Part shown: one piece after another, positions 1-9,507 of the stretch
How the letters are laid out: each line of letters begins with the position of its first letter
How positions within the stretch are numbered: position 1 is the stretch's first letter
DNA from: an uncultured virus (IMG/VR IMGVR_UViG_3300042308_001786)
Lineage: Duplodnaviria > Heunggongvirae > Uroviricota > Caudoviricetes
Virus record (IMG/VR): IMGVR_UViG_3300042308_001786
DNA length: 64,000 nt
Direction: 5' to 3' (one strand)
The notes under the pieces: generated by a model
Told to the model about the DNA's origin: nothing
Database searches by the model: none
What the model saw: only the letters and a program-made list of their open reading frames with translations
Translations under genes and position numbers: made by a program

Positions 1-4
1 ACCA

Positions 5-847
5 TTGTCAGACACCAAAGAAAAGCTTTCCATCATCGGCTATCAAGAAGCCAACATTCAGCCTGGCATGATTTCTTTCTGGGAAACCTGGCGCTTTGCT
101 CACATGCAACAACTAGAACGCTTCATCAAAAAGCATCGCCCAGTCTTTGTCGTGATTGATTCGCTCACCGCCTGTTTTGCTGGCATGAACGTTGATCTTA
201 TTAAGAGCAATGCTGGTGATTCTCTCTATGCATTACGCGACATGGCCAATGTCTATAAATGTTCCATCGTCATTCTCCACCACTTAAACCGTCAAGGGGG
301 CTTGCGTGATAGCTCTAGCTTTGTTGACAACGTAAGTGAAGTGGTGAAGCTCTATCGCCAAGAGGGCAACTTTGATCAAAACCAGTTTGTTCTGGAATGG
401 GTGAAGAGCCGCAGTGGCCTAGCTGGCAAGCACGTTCTAAAACGGAATGCCGTGAACTATGGATGGGACTATGCTGGTCCGCTTGGTAATTCCATTGCTG
501 AACTTGATCGCGTGGCAAACTATGTGAACATGCGTCCGCATGAGCGTTTCAGCAAGCAGCAGGTTTCGCTGGGAACTGGCATGAATGAGAATGTCACCAC
601 GGGCAAGCTTTTGGAGATGGCACGCCGTCAAGGGCTTATCACCAGCAGCTTCATCGTTGGCCCTCACGATGAACGCACACGTATGTACCACTCATGGGAC
701 TACCAAGGCCCCGATCTGAATTTTAGTTCTCCCAATGAAGAGCAGAATATTGTTCCCGAAAAGGAAGAGCTACCAATTATCCCGCCTGTTTCCATTGTTC
801 CCAATGAAAATCTTCCCGAAAAGGAAGACCAGGAGGATTGGTTCTAA
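5..847 (+). CDS. AAA_25/RecA-like helicase (primase-helicase), C-terminal part; 5' end lies outside the window
   Basis: Walker B-like FVVIDSL, IVILHH, GGLRDSS and KSR motifs of RepA/AAA_25 helicases, followed by a winged-helix-like tail. Confidence 0.7.
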   Translation: MSDTKEKLSIIGYQEANIQPGMISFWETWRFAHMQQLERFIKKHRPVFVVIDSLTACFAGMNVDLIKSNAGDSLYALRDMANVYKCSIVILHHLNRQGGLRDSSSFVDNVSEVVKLYRQEGNFDQNQFVLEWVKSRSGLAGKHVLKRNAVNYGWDYAGPLGNSIAELDRVANYVNMRPHERFSKQQVSLGTGMNENVTTGKLLEMARRQGLITSSFIVGPHDERTRMYHSWDYQGPDLNFSSPNEEQNIVPEKEELPIIPPVSIVPNENLPEKEDQEDWF

Positions 848-962
848 CTCTCTCGCAATAGGAGGGAGGCTCTATTGCACAGCCTCCCCGCCGCTTACCG
901 TAGCGAGCGGCTTTCAATAGTTTAGCTTTTTTAGTACGATGGAGGAAAGAATGGTTTGAACC

Positions 963-1100
963 ATGAAAATCATTTGGGACAATAGCGAGAGCGCGGCGCC
1001 TGTAGCGCCGCTTGTTCTTGAGACTGAAGCTGAAATTGAACGATTCTTTGCTGAGATGCACGCGGAGATTGCAGCAGAAGAAGACGACGACGAAGAATGA
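963..1100 (+). CDS. small acidic hypothetical protein (MKIIWDNSES...EDDDEE)
   Basis: Read manually; ATG to TGA, followed directly by a terminator hairpin. Confidence 0.55.
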   Translation: MKIIWDNSESAAPVAPLVLETEAEIERFFAEMHAEIAAEEDDDEE

Positions 1101-1103
1101 GCA

Positions 1104-1126
1104 GGCGGCCTGAGGGCCGCTTTTTT
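1104..1126 (+). terminator. intrinsic terminator
   Basis: GCGGCC-TGAG-GGCCGC followed by TTTTTT. Confidence 0.7.
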
Positions 1127-1466
1127 GTGCTGTGACGCTTTTACGACTGGCCCGCTTGTAAAAATTTGGCGGCTGTGCATAGACTGGTTACGGAAAGTCC
1201 CGAGCGCACCCAAAAATCCAGCGCTTGGCTCTCCAGCCTCCTCAGGCATGGCCACCAGCCAGAGCGGAGCCCCCAAAGGGCGGAGCGGTCAGTCCAGCAG
1301 GCCAAGATTCCCTAAAAAGAACAAAAGCCTGCACAAGACCAAGCATCTCCGCAATGCCGCTCAAGCCAGAGTGGAGCCCCCAAGGGCGAAACGTTCATTA
1401 CATAAGGCAAAGAAGCCTTCAATGAACAAAACTCTCCTTAGCATTGCCAAGGAATTTTCCTGAACA

Positions 1467-1706
1467 ATGCTTAACGCTCCACGAGCAGTAGATCACTTGC
1501 CCTTGCTTGAACATAACGGCACTGAAATTTTGCCTATTGTTCACTATGGCTTTTCTTCTCCTAGGAAAGGGCCGCAACCAGCGGCCCGTACGCTTTACGG
1601 AGCACGGGATAATAATGGAGAGCGCCATTGGCGCTCTAGCCTGCATGAAATTGAAAAGCTAATTGATAGTGGCTTTGCTGCTCAGGAGCAGAGCGATGCA
1701 GAATGA
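1467..1706 (+). CDS. hypothetical protein
   Basis: 79 aa ORF with ATG start, in a tightly packed gene run. Confidence 0.65.
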   Translation: MLNAPRAVDHLPLLEHNGTEILPIVHYGFSSPRKGPQPAARTLYGARDNNGERHWRSSLHEIEKLIDSGFAAQEQSDAE

Positions 1707-1932
1707 AGCCGTCATGAAAAACGAATACTGCGAGAGTCCTAAGTCCTGCATGGCAGTCGCCTATCGTCGCGAAACTGACGAAGAGCTAATTCCTGTTGGA
1801 CTTGACGCTGCCTATGCAGAAATAGTTAGTTCCTTCCATGGAGAAATGGAAGAGTTTGTAAGGAAATATTGCCCTAAGCGTTTGGTTGAGCTAGACGCCT
1901 TGATGGACCAAGCCTTTTGGCAGTATCATTGA
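1696..1932 (+). CDS. hypothetical protein
   Basis: ORF overlapping the previous stop, followed by hairpin GGGGCGC..GCGCCCC-TTTT. Confidence 0.55.
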   Translation: MQNEAVMKNEYCESPKSCMAVAYRRETDEELIPVGLDAAYAEIVSSFHGEMEEFVRKYCPKRLVELDALMDQAFWQYH

Positions 1933-1969
1933 TTTTCTAGAACGGGGCGCTTGGTGCGCCCCTTTTGCC

Positions 1970-2146
1970 ATGACCATTTTCCCTGCATCGTCAGAAGAAG
2001 AGCTTTCGCAAGAAGAATGGCAAGAGCTATGCAGCTTGAAAGAAGCTATTGATGGCTACCCAGCAAGCATTGCCACTGCAAAAATGGAGCGTTTCACTGA
2101 GCTTTTTGTCCGTTCTCTCCATGGAAAAGGAGATACAATTCGTTAG
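1970..2146 (+). CDS. small hypothetical protein (MTIFPASSEEELSQEEWQEL...KMERFTELFVRS)
   Basis: Read manually, 58 aa; resembles a small cyanophage protein family (from memory). Confidence 0.55.
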   Translation: MTIFPASSEEELSQEEWQELCSLKEAIDGYPASIATAKMERFTELFVRSLHGKGDTIR

Positions 2147-2162
2147 AGAATAGAGCTGCGTA

Positions 2163-2912
2163 ATGGCTAAGCCTGAGATTGAATTTACAACGCCACAAGA
2201 AGAGCTTGAATATGCTGCTAATGCATTGCAAAAAGCAGGCGTAAGTTTGACGCAGTTTGAAGCCGTAAGGGAAACAAAAGTGAATGGCGGCAATGGTGCT
2301 GCTGGTTATTCAAAGGAAATGCTTGGTCTTAGGCGATGGATGGTGCAAGAGCTTCTTGCTGCAAAGATGAGCAATCGTCAAATTGCAAATGTTCTAAAAC
2401 TAAGCAAGGAAACAGTTAATGGTGATCGCCATTTCAACAGGCAACTGTACACAGAAGAAATTCTCAAGAATCAAGACGTGCATCGAGCACGTCTTTTGAA
2501 AGAGCAAATGGACTTAAAAGATTTGGCTCTTGATAGCTTTGAGAAAAGCAAAAGGAAGCGTGTGATAACAATGATGGAAGGCGGTGACGATGGAGGTAAA
2601 GAGATGATCAAAATTGAAGAATGTGCTGGCGACGCATCGTTCCTTAACGTGGCAAAGAATTCTCTTGTTGAGCAGGCGAAGCTGCTGGGTCTCAATGAAA
2701 TCAAACAAGAGTCACAACAAGACAATTCCTACAGGAAATTCCTAAAAGATCTTTCCACCACCATTGCAAAAGAAAAAGAAGCCACTGCCACCGAAGAACG
2801 CAGGAAGAATTCCTTGCCTGCATCGGCGGAAGTTAGTTTTGATGCAGAGCCAGAGAAAGAGGAATGGCCTGAGACCATTCCTTTACAAACAATTAATAAA
2901 GACGACTATTGA
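2163..2912 (+). CDS. HTH protein, probable terminase small subunit
   Basis: HTH (MSNRQIANVLKLSKETVNGD) plus GDASFL...EQAKLLGL, a motif typical of HTH-type TerS. Confidence 0.5.
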   Translation: MAKPEIEFTTPQEELEYAANALQKAGVSLTQFEAVRETKVNGGNGAAGYSKEMLGLRRWMVQELLAAKMSNRQIANVLKLSKETVNGDRHFNRQLYTEEILKNQDVHRARLLKEQMDLKDLALDSFEKSKRKRVITMMEGGDDGGKEMIKIEECAGDASFLNVAKNSLVEQAKLLGLNEIKQESQQDNSYRKFLKDLSTTIAKEKEATATEERRKNSLPASAEVSFDAEPEKEEWPETIPLQTINKDDY

Positions 2913-2937
2913 CAAGCGCCGCTAGCGTGGGCACACT
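2909..2937 (+). promoter_or_regulatory. sigma70-type early promoter
   Basis: TTGACA-17 nt-CACACT upstream of the small-gene cluster. Confidence 0.5.
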
Positions 2938-2957
2938 GTCATTGTTGCCTTCCTCTC

Positions 2958-3392
2958 TTGTCTGATTTCACCTTCTCTACTGCCGAAGCTTTCCTGCGAG
3001 AGGCTGCTGCAGCCAAGCAAAACAAGCGTGATGCTATCTCCGCTTCCATTGCTCCCCACCTTGCTGACCATGGCACTGTAGGCATTCCGCCTCAGCTCCA
3101 CCAGAGCATCGAGAAGCTCCTAGAGAGCTACGGCGACGAGGTTTACAGGCAAGTGGCGCTGTTTGCTCTTGGTAAATGGTTTGAAGCCCATACGGAAGCA
3201 GCAGAAGACTTGTTTGCCACTGGTCAGATGCCAGAAGCAGTGGCTTGCATGATGGACGCCACTCGCATTTCAGACAGTCTTCATCTTGTTTGTGAAGTGG
3301 GAAGTCTCGGCGGTGATCAAGATTGGAAAATTATGCTGGAAGAGGAACTCTCTCAAGCCATTCTTGAACACATCGAGGAAGATTGCTTATGA
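2958..3392 (+). CDS. hypothetical protein
   Basis: 144 aa ORF after the promoter and a pyrimidine-rich leader. Confidence 0.65.
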   Translation: MSDFTFSTAEAFLREAAAAKQNKRDAISASIAPHLADHGTVGIPPQLHQSIEKLLESYGDEVYRQVALFALGKWFEAHTEAAEDLFATGQMPEAVACMMDATRISDSLHLVCEVGSLGGDQDWKIMLEEELSQAILEHIEEDCL

Positions 3393-3565
3393 CTCCATGT
3401 CGCACTTGGAAGATAACTACTTCCGAAGGTAAAACTATTGCTTTGGGCGCAATGTCTCCTAAACAAGCTGAACATTTTATGCTTGCAATGCGCCCCGATA
3501 TTAAAATTGCTTTGATTGAAGAAATCAAGCCTCTTCCTGAAGACCTTCCCGAGGAATTGCAATGA
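3389..3565 (+). CDS. hypothetical protein
   Basis: ATGA overlap with the previous gene. Confidence 0.55.
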   Translation: MTPCRTWKITTSEGKTIALGAMSPKQAEHFMLAMRPDIKIALIEEIKPLPEDLPEELQ

Positions 3566-3735
3566 ATGATTTCATTGGTCTAATTTGCACAAGTGACTGG
3601 GGAACAATGTGGTTCGGCCCGCTTTCTATTAGTTGGCAAAATAGCCTAGGTGCTCAAGCATTGCTCCCTCGTCGCATATGGGGCAATACATTGGTTATCT
3701 TCAAAAGCCGTGAATTCCTTTTCCATTGATTTTTC

Positions 3736-4176
3736 ATGGACACGCATCAGCCTTCCTTCATTGTTGAAGGCACACCACTGGCCCCCACAGTTCACATTGT
3801 GCTTCCTCCTGAGCTTCAGGAAGATGCCAAGGCTCTAGCAGCAGAAAACGTGCATCCTGCATGGTCTAAAGCACAGCATCGCGGTCGTCATTTCGTAATA
3901 ACGACCAACTTGCTGGACGATCTGTCTGAGCTGGCAGACTATGCAAGGGTGGGCATTGAAGAGCCTGAGCCTAATCTTTCCAAGCGGAAGCGCCAGGCCC
4001 TGCAAATTCTGCTTGACAGGACTAATAGGCATGTCGTGCTAGAGCCTATGGGCGCTTGCCACTGCATTGCCACCAAATGGCGGGACAGGCCATTGCCAAG
4101 CCATAAGGCTGCGTATCGCACCACGCTTGAACTGAGGGAGAAGGCAGGCTCTGTTAAGAATTGTTACAACGCTTGA
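3736..4176 (+). CDS. hypothetical protein
   Basis: 146 aa ORF with ATG start. Confidence 0.6.
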   Translation: MDTHQPSFIVEGTPLAPTVHIVLPPELQEDAKALAAENVHPAWSKAQHRGRHFVITTNLLDDLSELADYARVGIEEPEPNLSKRKRQALQILLDRTNRHVVLEPMGACHCIATKWRDRPLPSHKAAYRTTLELREKAGSVKNCYNA

Positions 4177-4201
4177 CCTGTCCTGCTGAAGGCGGCATAC
4201 T
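4153..4201 (+). promoter_or_regulatory. promoter with upstream HLR1-like direct repeat
   Basis: GTTAAGAATTGTTACA, then TTGACC-17 nt-CATACT. Confidence 0.55.
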
Positions 4202-4247
4202 ACTGGGCATGCGGGCGAGAGCTTGCATGCCCTTTCTCTTTAAAGCA

Positions 4248-4583
4248 ATGACTACAAGGTTCTATCATTGGTTAGGCGAAGAAGGCGGTATTAGCGCCTT
4301 TCATGGCAACAATCTTGTGATGAGCCTCGGCTCTCCCATGGTCAATGTCAATATCAGCCTTCAAGAACTACAAGAATTTATTTGCACATTAGAAAAGGCT
4401 TCTGATGAAGAACCTAATGCTGTGCAACAATTTGCTCTTGATGCCATTCGCCGCGTATTTGAAGCAGCCCTGCAGCACCACAAGAAAGACCATGAAGCCC
4501 TTGTCGAAGAAGCTCCTACTGGCGCAGATCTGGAAGAATATTTGCTTTCTTATGCACGTGCCATCAAAGAAGGAGCTTTGTGA
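4248..4583 (+). CDS. hypothetical protein
   Basis: ORF downstream of the promoter. Confidence 0.6.
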   Translation: MTTRFYHWLGEEGGISAFHGNNLVMSLGSPMVNVNISLQELQEFICTLEKASDEEPNAVQQFALDAIRRVFEAALQHHKKDHEALVEEAPTGADLEEYLLSYARAIKEGAL

Positions 4584-4585
4584 GC

Positions 4586-4759
4586 ATGGCCTTCTTTACT
4601 GATGGTGATTATGACAACGATCCCGATCTTGATTGGGAGCGCCCTCAACGCTTAAACAGACAGCTTTCTCTCCAGCAACTGGAGGGTCGTTTAGAGCTAT
4701 GGAAACAAAAGCATGAGGATATGTGCCTTAAGCTTTACCGTGCTGCCACTGGCATTTAA
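4586..4759 (+). CDS. hypothetical protein (MAFFTDGDYDNDPDL...)
   Basis: Read manually, 57 aa; AGGAG upstream; fills the gap between neighbours exactly. Confidence 0.55.
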   Translation: MAFFTDGDYDNDPDLDWERPQRLNRQLSLQQLEGRLELWKQKHEDMCLKLYRAATGI

Positions 4760-4761
4760 TC

Positions 4762-4983
4762 ATGAGCAAATTTACCAAGCTTCAGGAAATGCTGGGAGAG
4801 GCTCTTAACAAGAGGGCCGATGATCAGCAGGTGGTGGAAGTGATTGACACAATGGCAGAATGGTTTGAACTTCTGCTGGAAGACATGGGCGTTGAACCAG
4901 CTTCCATTCCATCGCTTCTTCGCTGGCAGTATTTGCACAGTGACTACGCCAACAAACAAGCTATCGGCATTGAAAATGACTGA
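4762..4983 (+). CDS. hypothetical protein
   Basis: 73 aa, tightly packed. Confidence 0.6.
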   Translation: MSKFTKLQEMLGEALNKRADDQQVVEVIDTMAEWFELLLEDMGVEPASIPSLLRWQYLHSDYANKQAIGIEND

Positions 4984-5308
4984 GAATCATTCCTTCCCCA
5001 TCACCCCACCGCCGGAGCTGGTGCAGCAGTGGCTGGAAGAGCTGTACGGCGCCCCAGTTTCTGTGATTAGCCCGTTTGATCAACGCGTTCTTATAGCTGT
5101 CGCCCAATGGGGCGCAGACCAAGAGCTGGAGGCGTGCTGTGAGTGGCTCAAAGCCGATCCAGAACTTGTTGATGAAATCCGCGCTGACCGCCGCCCCAAG
5201 CCGCCGAGCTTTAAGGAACAGGCCATCGCAGTTCTAGATGACGCTGAACTGGACGCAGCCCACTACAACATTCTTCTCCGCGCACTGGAGGCCCTGCCCG
5301 ATGACTGA
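4976..5308 (+). CDS. conserved cyanophage hypothetical protein
   Basis: PITPPPELVQQW...AQWGADQELEACCEWL...RRPKPPS motif, recalled from cyanophage small proteins. Confidence 0.7.
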   Translation: MTENHSFPITPPPELVQQWLEELYGAPVSVISPFDQRVLIAVAQWGADQELEACCEWLKADPELVDEIRADRRPKPPSFKEQAIAVLDDAELDAAHYNILLRALEALPDD

Positions 5309-5501
5309 CATGAACTGGGCGAACGCCAAGAGCGAACTGAACACACTCATCACTGAGTTACGTCTTGTCTACGAAAATCTGCCGTCTTTTTACTCTGACT
5401 CCGTGAAGGGATGGGATGTGGACAACGTGTACACAGCATCCAATCATCTCCGAGCCGCTATCGAGGCACTTAAGCCACTTACAAATAGGCGTCATGTTTA
5501 A
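5301..5501 (+). CDS. hypothetical protein
   Basis: ATG overlapping the previous stop. Confidence 0.55.
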   Translation: MTDMNWANAKSELNTLITELRLVYENLPSFYSDSVKGWDVDNVYTASNHLRAAIEALKPLTNRRHV

Positions 5502-5536
5502 CTCAATTTTCAGCTATTTCACTTTGAGGCAACTTG

Positions 5537-5743
5537 ATGACTGACGAACCGCATGTGGGTGAGCTCAAGTGGCAGGGCGAGCCTCAGAACTCTCCTGTTG
5601 AGCTGTGGGATGGGAAGCAGTGGGTACTCGTAGGCTGTTCCACACCGACGGATGAGGAGCTGAAGGCTCTTTACTGGGAACGGATGGCGGCCGTCACCCA
5701 AGGACTGGGACACCATCCGCCGCGCACTGGAACAACTCGATGA
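5537..5743 (+). CDS. hypothetical protein
   Basis: Short ORF in the operon. Confidence 0.5.
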   Translation: MTDEPHVGELKWQGEPQNSPVELWDGKQWVLVGCSTPTDEELKALYWERMAAVTQGLGHHPPRTGTTR

Positions 5744-6219
5744 CTGACTACAAAGCAACCCCCGCACAGTGGGCAAATGTGCAGAAATTCGCCACCGTTG
5801 CCGGTGAGTCCTGCATCCTCGAACTCCGCGCCAGGGTCGAAACACTGGAGGCTGCAGCTCACAAACACATCGTCGAAACCAGCGCCAGCATTTCGGCTTT
5901 GATAAGTCGGATCGAGTCGTTGGAAGCCGCTGAACGCCAAGCCTCAAAGGTCCATCAAATCAGCGAACCGCTGAAGTTGACACCTGATCAAGCGAAACAA
6001 GTCAAAGACCAGTTAGGACTCAATTTAAAGTCAACTCCTGATTCAAACCAAATTGTTAATTATCGATTGGTGGAGCGAGTTGAAGATGCTTTAATGGAGA
6101 GCATCAAGGATCAAGGCTCTATGGCCCGTGCCGCGATCCGTGAGGTGGCAATGTGGATGCGTGAGAACGAAGTCGGTTATACAGCCGCTCGCTGGCTGGA
6201 GCAGGAGGCAAATCTATGA
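5740..6219 (+). CDS. hypothetical coiled-coil cyanophage protein
   Basis: CILELRARVETLEA and ARAAIREVAMWMR motifs; ATGA overlap. Confidence 0.7.
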   Translation: MTDYKATPAQWANVQKFATVAGESCILELRARVETLEAAAHKHIVETSASISALISRIESLEAAERQASKVHQISEPLKLTPDQAKQVKDQLGLNLKSTPDSNQIVNYRLVERVEDALMESIKDQGSMARAAIREVAMWMRENEVGYTAARWLEQEANL

Positions 6220-6398
6220 CTGACTACAAGTTTGTGCCACTGGACACGCTGGAGAATCGCCTTGGCGATGCTTTGGGCTTGGCACTCAGCATGATCCGCA
6301 AGCCTGAAACTATCGACAACAAAGCCATGGCTCAGATTGAAGCACCATTCAAAGAATGGTGCGACGGTCTCGTTGATGGAGGACTGCTCAATGACTAA
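6216..6398 (+). CDS. hypothetical protein
   Basis: ATGA overlap; begins MTDYK like the previous gene. Confidence 0.6.
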   Translation: MTDYKFVPLDTLENRLGDALGLALSMIRKPETIDNKAMAQIEAPFKEWCDGLVDGGLLND

Positions 6399-6687
6399 AC
6401 TTTCACTCGCCGCAGAAGCAGTTTTGGATGCCTATATGAATAACTGTGGCTGGCTCGATGGTCCGTTTGAAAAAGATTATCGCTGTGCTGCTGCCGTTCT
6501 TCGTGCTGCTGCGGATCAAGTTGCTCCTGGGGTTTACTTTGTGTACACGGGCAATCGTGACTGGGATCACGGCATGGAAGCAAGAAACGATGCGATCCGT
6601 GAGGCAATTTTCGCAATTGCTACCGAGCTTGAAGCCATTGACGAGGAATATGATTTCGTCATCACTACTGAGCTTGAAGCCCAGTAG
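6391..6687 (+). CDS. hypothetical cyanophage protein
   Basis: LSLAAEAVLDAY...AAAVLRAAADQV motif; terminator follows at about 6703-6731. Confidence 0.65.
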   Translation: MTKLSLAAEAVLDAYMNNCGWLDGPFEKDYRCAAAVLRAAADQVAPGVYFVYTGNRDWDHGMEARNDAIREAIFAIATELEAIDEEYDFVITTELEAQ

Positions 6688-7224
6688 TCACTATCTCTAT
6701 CTAAAAGGTCCCTGATGGGGCCTTTTCTTTTGCCCAGCTATGGTCTCCGGGAATAGGCTCTGTTCCATATTCCCAATCATCATATTGCTCACCATTTCTC
6801 AACCATCGTGCAAGACGTTCACGCTCTTGCTCAACAGACAATTTCCTTTCCATAAAGAATCGGCTGGCCTTCTATAGCCTACTGTCGGCCAACTATGTAT
6901 AGGCACAAAGAAAGGGGGCCGAAGCCCCCTCTCTCTGCGCAGCCTCCGATACCCAACAACAACTAGGGGAAATCTCCTCGCCTAGAAGGGAAATGTGCCT
7001 CTCAGGAGAATGACTAGCTCCCTGGCAAAGCCATACAGCATTGCCCACACTTCCGTCAAGTGTCCACCCTCACGGCCCGCCTTGCGACAGGAGAAGCAAT
7101 TAAGCCTCTAGAACCGACTGCTCCATAAGCATAGCATCCAGCAAGCCCCTTGACAGACATGGCACAATGGTAAGACTGTCGCCAGCGATGGCGATGGGCC
7201 TCTCTAGTTCTTTTCACCAGCTTG

Positions 7225-7581
7225 ATGCTTTCACGATTTCTTCTTTCCCTCTTGCTCCTCGCTCCCCTTTTCCCAACGCCTGCTCATGCAAGGCAATGCG
7301 GCACCGCCTCGCACTATGGCATTGGAGATGGTTACGACGGACAACGCACTGCCAGTGGTGCTCGATTCAATGCCTACGGCTCCATTGCTGCCCACCCATC
7401 GCTTCCATTTGGCACACGCCTCCTTGTAACGAACCGTGACAATGGAAAGCAGACTGTGGTGACCATCCTTGATCGCGGCCCATACTACGGGGGACGCATG
7501 ATCGATTTGTCCTATGGCAGCTTCTCAAAGATTGCTTCACCCAGCCAAGGCACTGCCCGCGTCTGTATCGCTCGCCTCTGA
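7225..7581 (+). CDS. rlpA: RlpA-family septal ring lytic transglycosylase (double-psi beta barrel)
   Basis: Signal peptide; ASHYG, TASG, AAHPSLPFGT, DRGPY and RMIDLS motifs. Confidence 0.9.
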   Translation: MLSRFLLSLLLLAPLFPTPAHARQCGTASHYGIGDGYDGQRTASGARFNAYGSIAAHPSLPFGTRLLVTNRDNGKQTVVTILDRGPYYGGRMIDLSYGSFSKIASPSQGTARVCIARL

Positions 7582-7585
7582 AATC

Positions 7586-7777
7586 ATGGCTAAGAACCTT
7601 GCTTCTTTCATGCTTGTCACCTTCGCCTTTGGGCTTGGTGCCTTTGCTCTGGTAGCCGCCCCTCAGGCAATGCCAAATCAAGAGGGCTTGACAAAATGCC
7701 TCAAGCTCCACCCAGAACGCTATTGCCGCATTGCCAATGGCTTCCCGGTTGATCCCCTTGACAACGCCGTGCAGTAG
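7586..7777 (+). CDS. small membrane or secreted hypothetical protein
   Basis: Hydrophobic N-terminus; CLKLHPERYC motif. Confidence 0.6.
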   Translation: MAKNLASFMLVTFAFGLGAFALVAAPQAMPNQEGLTKCLKLHPERYCRIANGFPVDPLDNAVQ

Positions 7778-7786
7778 CTCTATTGT
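7758..7786 (+). promoter_or_regulatory. sigma70-type promoter
   Basis: TTGACA-17 nt-TATTGT. Confidence 0.7.
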
Positions 7787-7861
7787 TCCCTCGGGAACGC
7801 GGGAGAGCCCCTTCGGGGGCCTCTTTCCTTCTCTAGTCCTTTGCCAGCGATGGCTCCTCCA

Positions 7862-8140
7862 ATGACTAAAACTGACAAAATCAAAAGCTTCATCTTCAAT
7901 GCTGGTAGCAGCATTGTGAACGTGCGCTTTGTAAAAGCAGACGGCTCTGTTCGCAGCCTTTGCTTCAATCCTCGTGACACTAAGGAAATCAAAGGCACAG
8001 GCACTGCCGTAAAGAAGCCTTCAATCATTCGCTGCCGTGATTTCACCATTGCTCGCAATGTAGGCGAAGGTGCATGGCGCTCGTTTGATTGTGAGCGCGT
8101 GTTGAGCATCAAAGCTAACGGTCAAACCCTCACCTTCTGA
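7862..8140 (+). CDS. WYL_2/DUF2693-like SH3-fold protein
   Basis: VRFVKADGSVR...D...AWRSF pattern. Confidence 0.55.
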   Translation: MTKTDKIKSFIFNAGSSIVNVRFVKADGSVRSLCFNPRDTKEIKGTGTAVKKPSIIRCRDFTIARNVGEGAWRSFDCERVLSIKANGQTLTF

Positions 8141-8143
8141 ACA

Positions 8144-8383
8144 ATGACCTGCACTCCCTTCCTAACTCGCTCTCAGCGTGCCATCTCTCGCATGGTGAAA
8201 GATGCTGGCTATTCTTTATCAAGCTATTCTCGTGATGATCGTTCTGCTGCTCGCTCTAAGCTTCTGGCCCTTGTTCATAAAGCCCCTCAGCATGCCCCAG
8301 CAAGTCAACCAAATAAGCGCACAAAAGCTTTCTTCCTAACGCTTGCTGACAGTATGCAAGACGATATCTGGCGCTTCTTGTAA
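8144..8383 (+). CDS. hypothetical protein
   Basis: 79 aa, tightly packed. Confidence 0.6.
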   Translation: MTCTPFLTRSQRAISRMVKDAGYSLSSYSRDDRSAARSKLLALVHKAPQHAPASQPNKRTKAFFLTLADSMQDDIWRFL

Positions 8384-8574
8384 TGGCATTAAAGGACAAT
8401 AGACGCGCATTGTTTGAGCTTGTTAAACAACACGGCTTTGTTCTTCATAGAAAGAACAAGCACTACGTGTTTAAGCATTCTTCTGGCAAGACTCTCGTTT
8501 GCAGCACAAGCTGCACTGATTGGCGGGCATTGAAGAATGTAGAGCGTGACATTAAGCGCCTGTTGTCCTCATGA
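8383..8574 (+). CDS. HicA-like (dsRBD-fold) protein
   Basis: 63 aa basic; GFVLHRKNKHYVFKHSSGK...DWRALKNVERDIKR resembles phage HicA-like proteins. Confidence 0.55.
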   Translation: MALKDNRRALFELVKQHGFVLHRKNKHYVFKHSSGKTLVCSTSCTDWRALKNVERDIKRLLSS

Positions 8575-8780
8575 AATTCTCCGTTGGTACTATTGTTGAT
8601 TTGTATGACGTTGGCTTTAAACAATGGAGGGGGGAGTATATTATTGTCAAAGCTATTCCTGAAACTGGTTTATACAAAATCAAAAACACTAAAACTAACA
8701 GCCAGCAATTTGTTAAGGAAAAAGCATTAAGAATAGGCCGCCTCGGCCCCTTCCGCATTGAAAGCCTCCACGCTTCGTAA
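8571..8780 (+). CDS. small SH3/KOW-like hypothetical protein
   Basis: MKFSVGTIV... beta-rich pattern. Confidence 0.55.
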   Translation: MKFSVGTIVDLYDVGFKQWRGEYIIVKAIPETGLYKIKNTKTNSQQFVKEKALRIGRLGPFRIESLHAS

Positions 8781-8860
8781 AGTTTTGTGACAGGCCATGG
8801 AAACAGGGCCTTTCTGCTGTATTGTTCTCTCAGTTCAGGCAGCGATGCCCCTCCGAATCA

Positions 8861-9082
8861 ATGAAGCACTATCCTTCCTACGAGGCCCGTCTCGAAGCTG
8901 ACCGTCAGGCACAGCACAGCGGCTACGGCATTCGCCCTTTCCTCTGCGCAGATGGTTCCACGAAGTGGGAAGCTTATGGCTGGGAACGCATCACTGAATT
9001 CCAGCTTCACGACACCAGCTACGGCCTTTTTGATCAGAAATGGGAGGCCGAACAATATTTCAACAGCATCATCCACGGCTGA
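8861..9082 (+). CDS. hypothetical protein
   Basis: ORF following the promoter at 8777-8825. Confidence 0.6.
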   Translation: MKHYPSYEARLEADRQAQHSGYGIRPFLCADGSTKWEAYGWERITEFQLHDTSYGLFDQKWEAEQYFNSIIHG

Positions 9083-9119
9083 GCCCTCCTTATCCTCCTC
9101 ACCCTCCGCAACCTCCCTA

Positions 9120-9377
9120 ATGGCAACTGTTCCCACTCTCCATCTCAACGGCACTGGCAAGACCACGCTCCGTGATGAATACGCTGCTGCCTACGATGCC
9201 CTTACCAAAGCCCTAGAAGCTTTTGCTTCTACAACGTGTAACGGGCGAGATTTCTATCCGCAAGGTCCTGATGCTTACTATCAAGCTCGTGATGAACGCT
9301 CTGAAGCCTTTGGCCACATTGAAGCAGCAAGGAAATACGTTGGTGAAGTACTGATGGGCATCTGCGATCAAATGTGA
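9120..9377 (+). CDS. hypothetical protein (PTLHLNGT...NGRDFYPQG family)
   Basis: Recurrent small phage protein motif; C/T-rich leader. Confidence 0.7.
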   Translation: MATVPTLHLNGTGKTTLRDEYAAAYDALTKALEAFASTTCNGRDFYPQGPDAYYQARDERSEAFGHIEAARKYVGEVLMGICDQM

Positions 9378-9507
9378 TAGTATCGCTTCGCCCAATTTTT
9401 CTTCATTGGAGCGTTACCGGCAACTGAGTGTCGTTAAAGCCTCGCCTCGTGAAGCTTGGCCTAGCTCAGTCAAGGGCTGCCCCCGCAGCCCTCTCCCCTC
9501 TCTTTAA

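Noticed and set aside
1125..1463. 112-aa ORF in the gap after the terminator
   Set aside because: Weak start and no motif support; coding status could not be established
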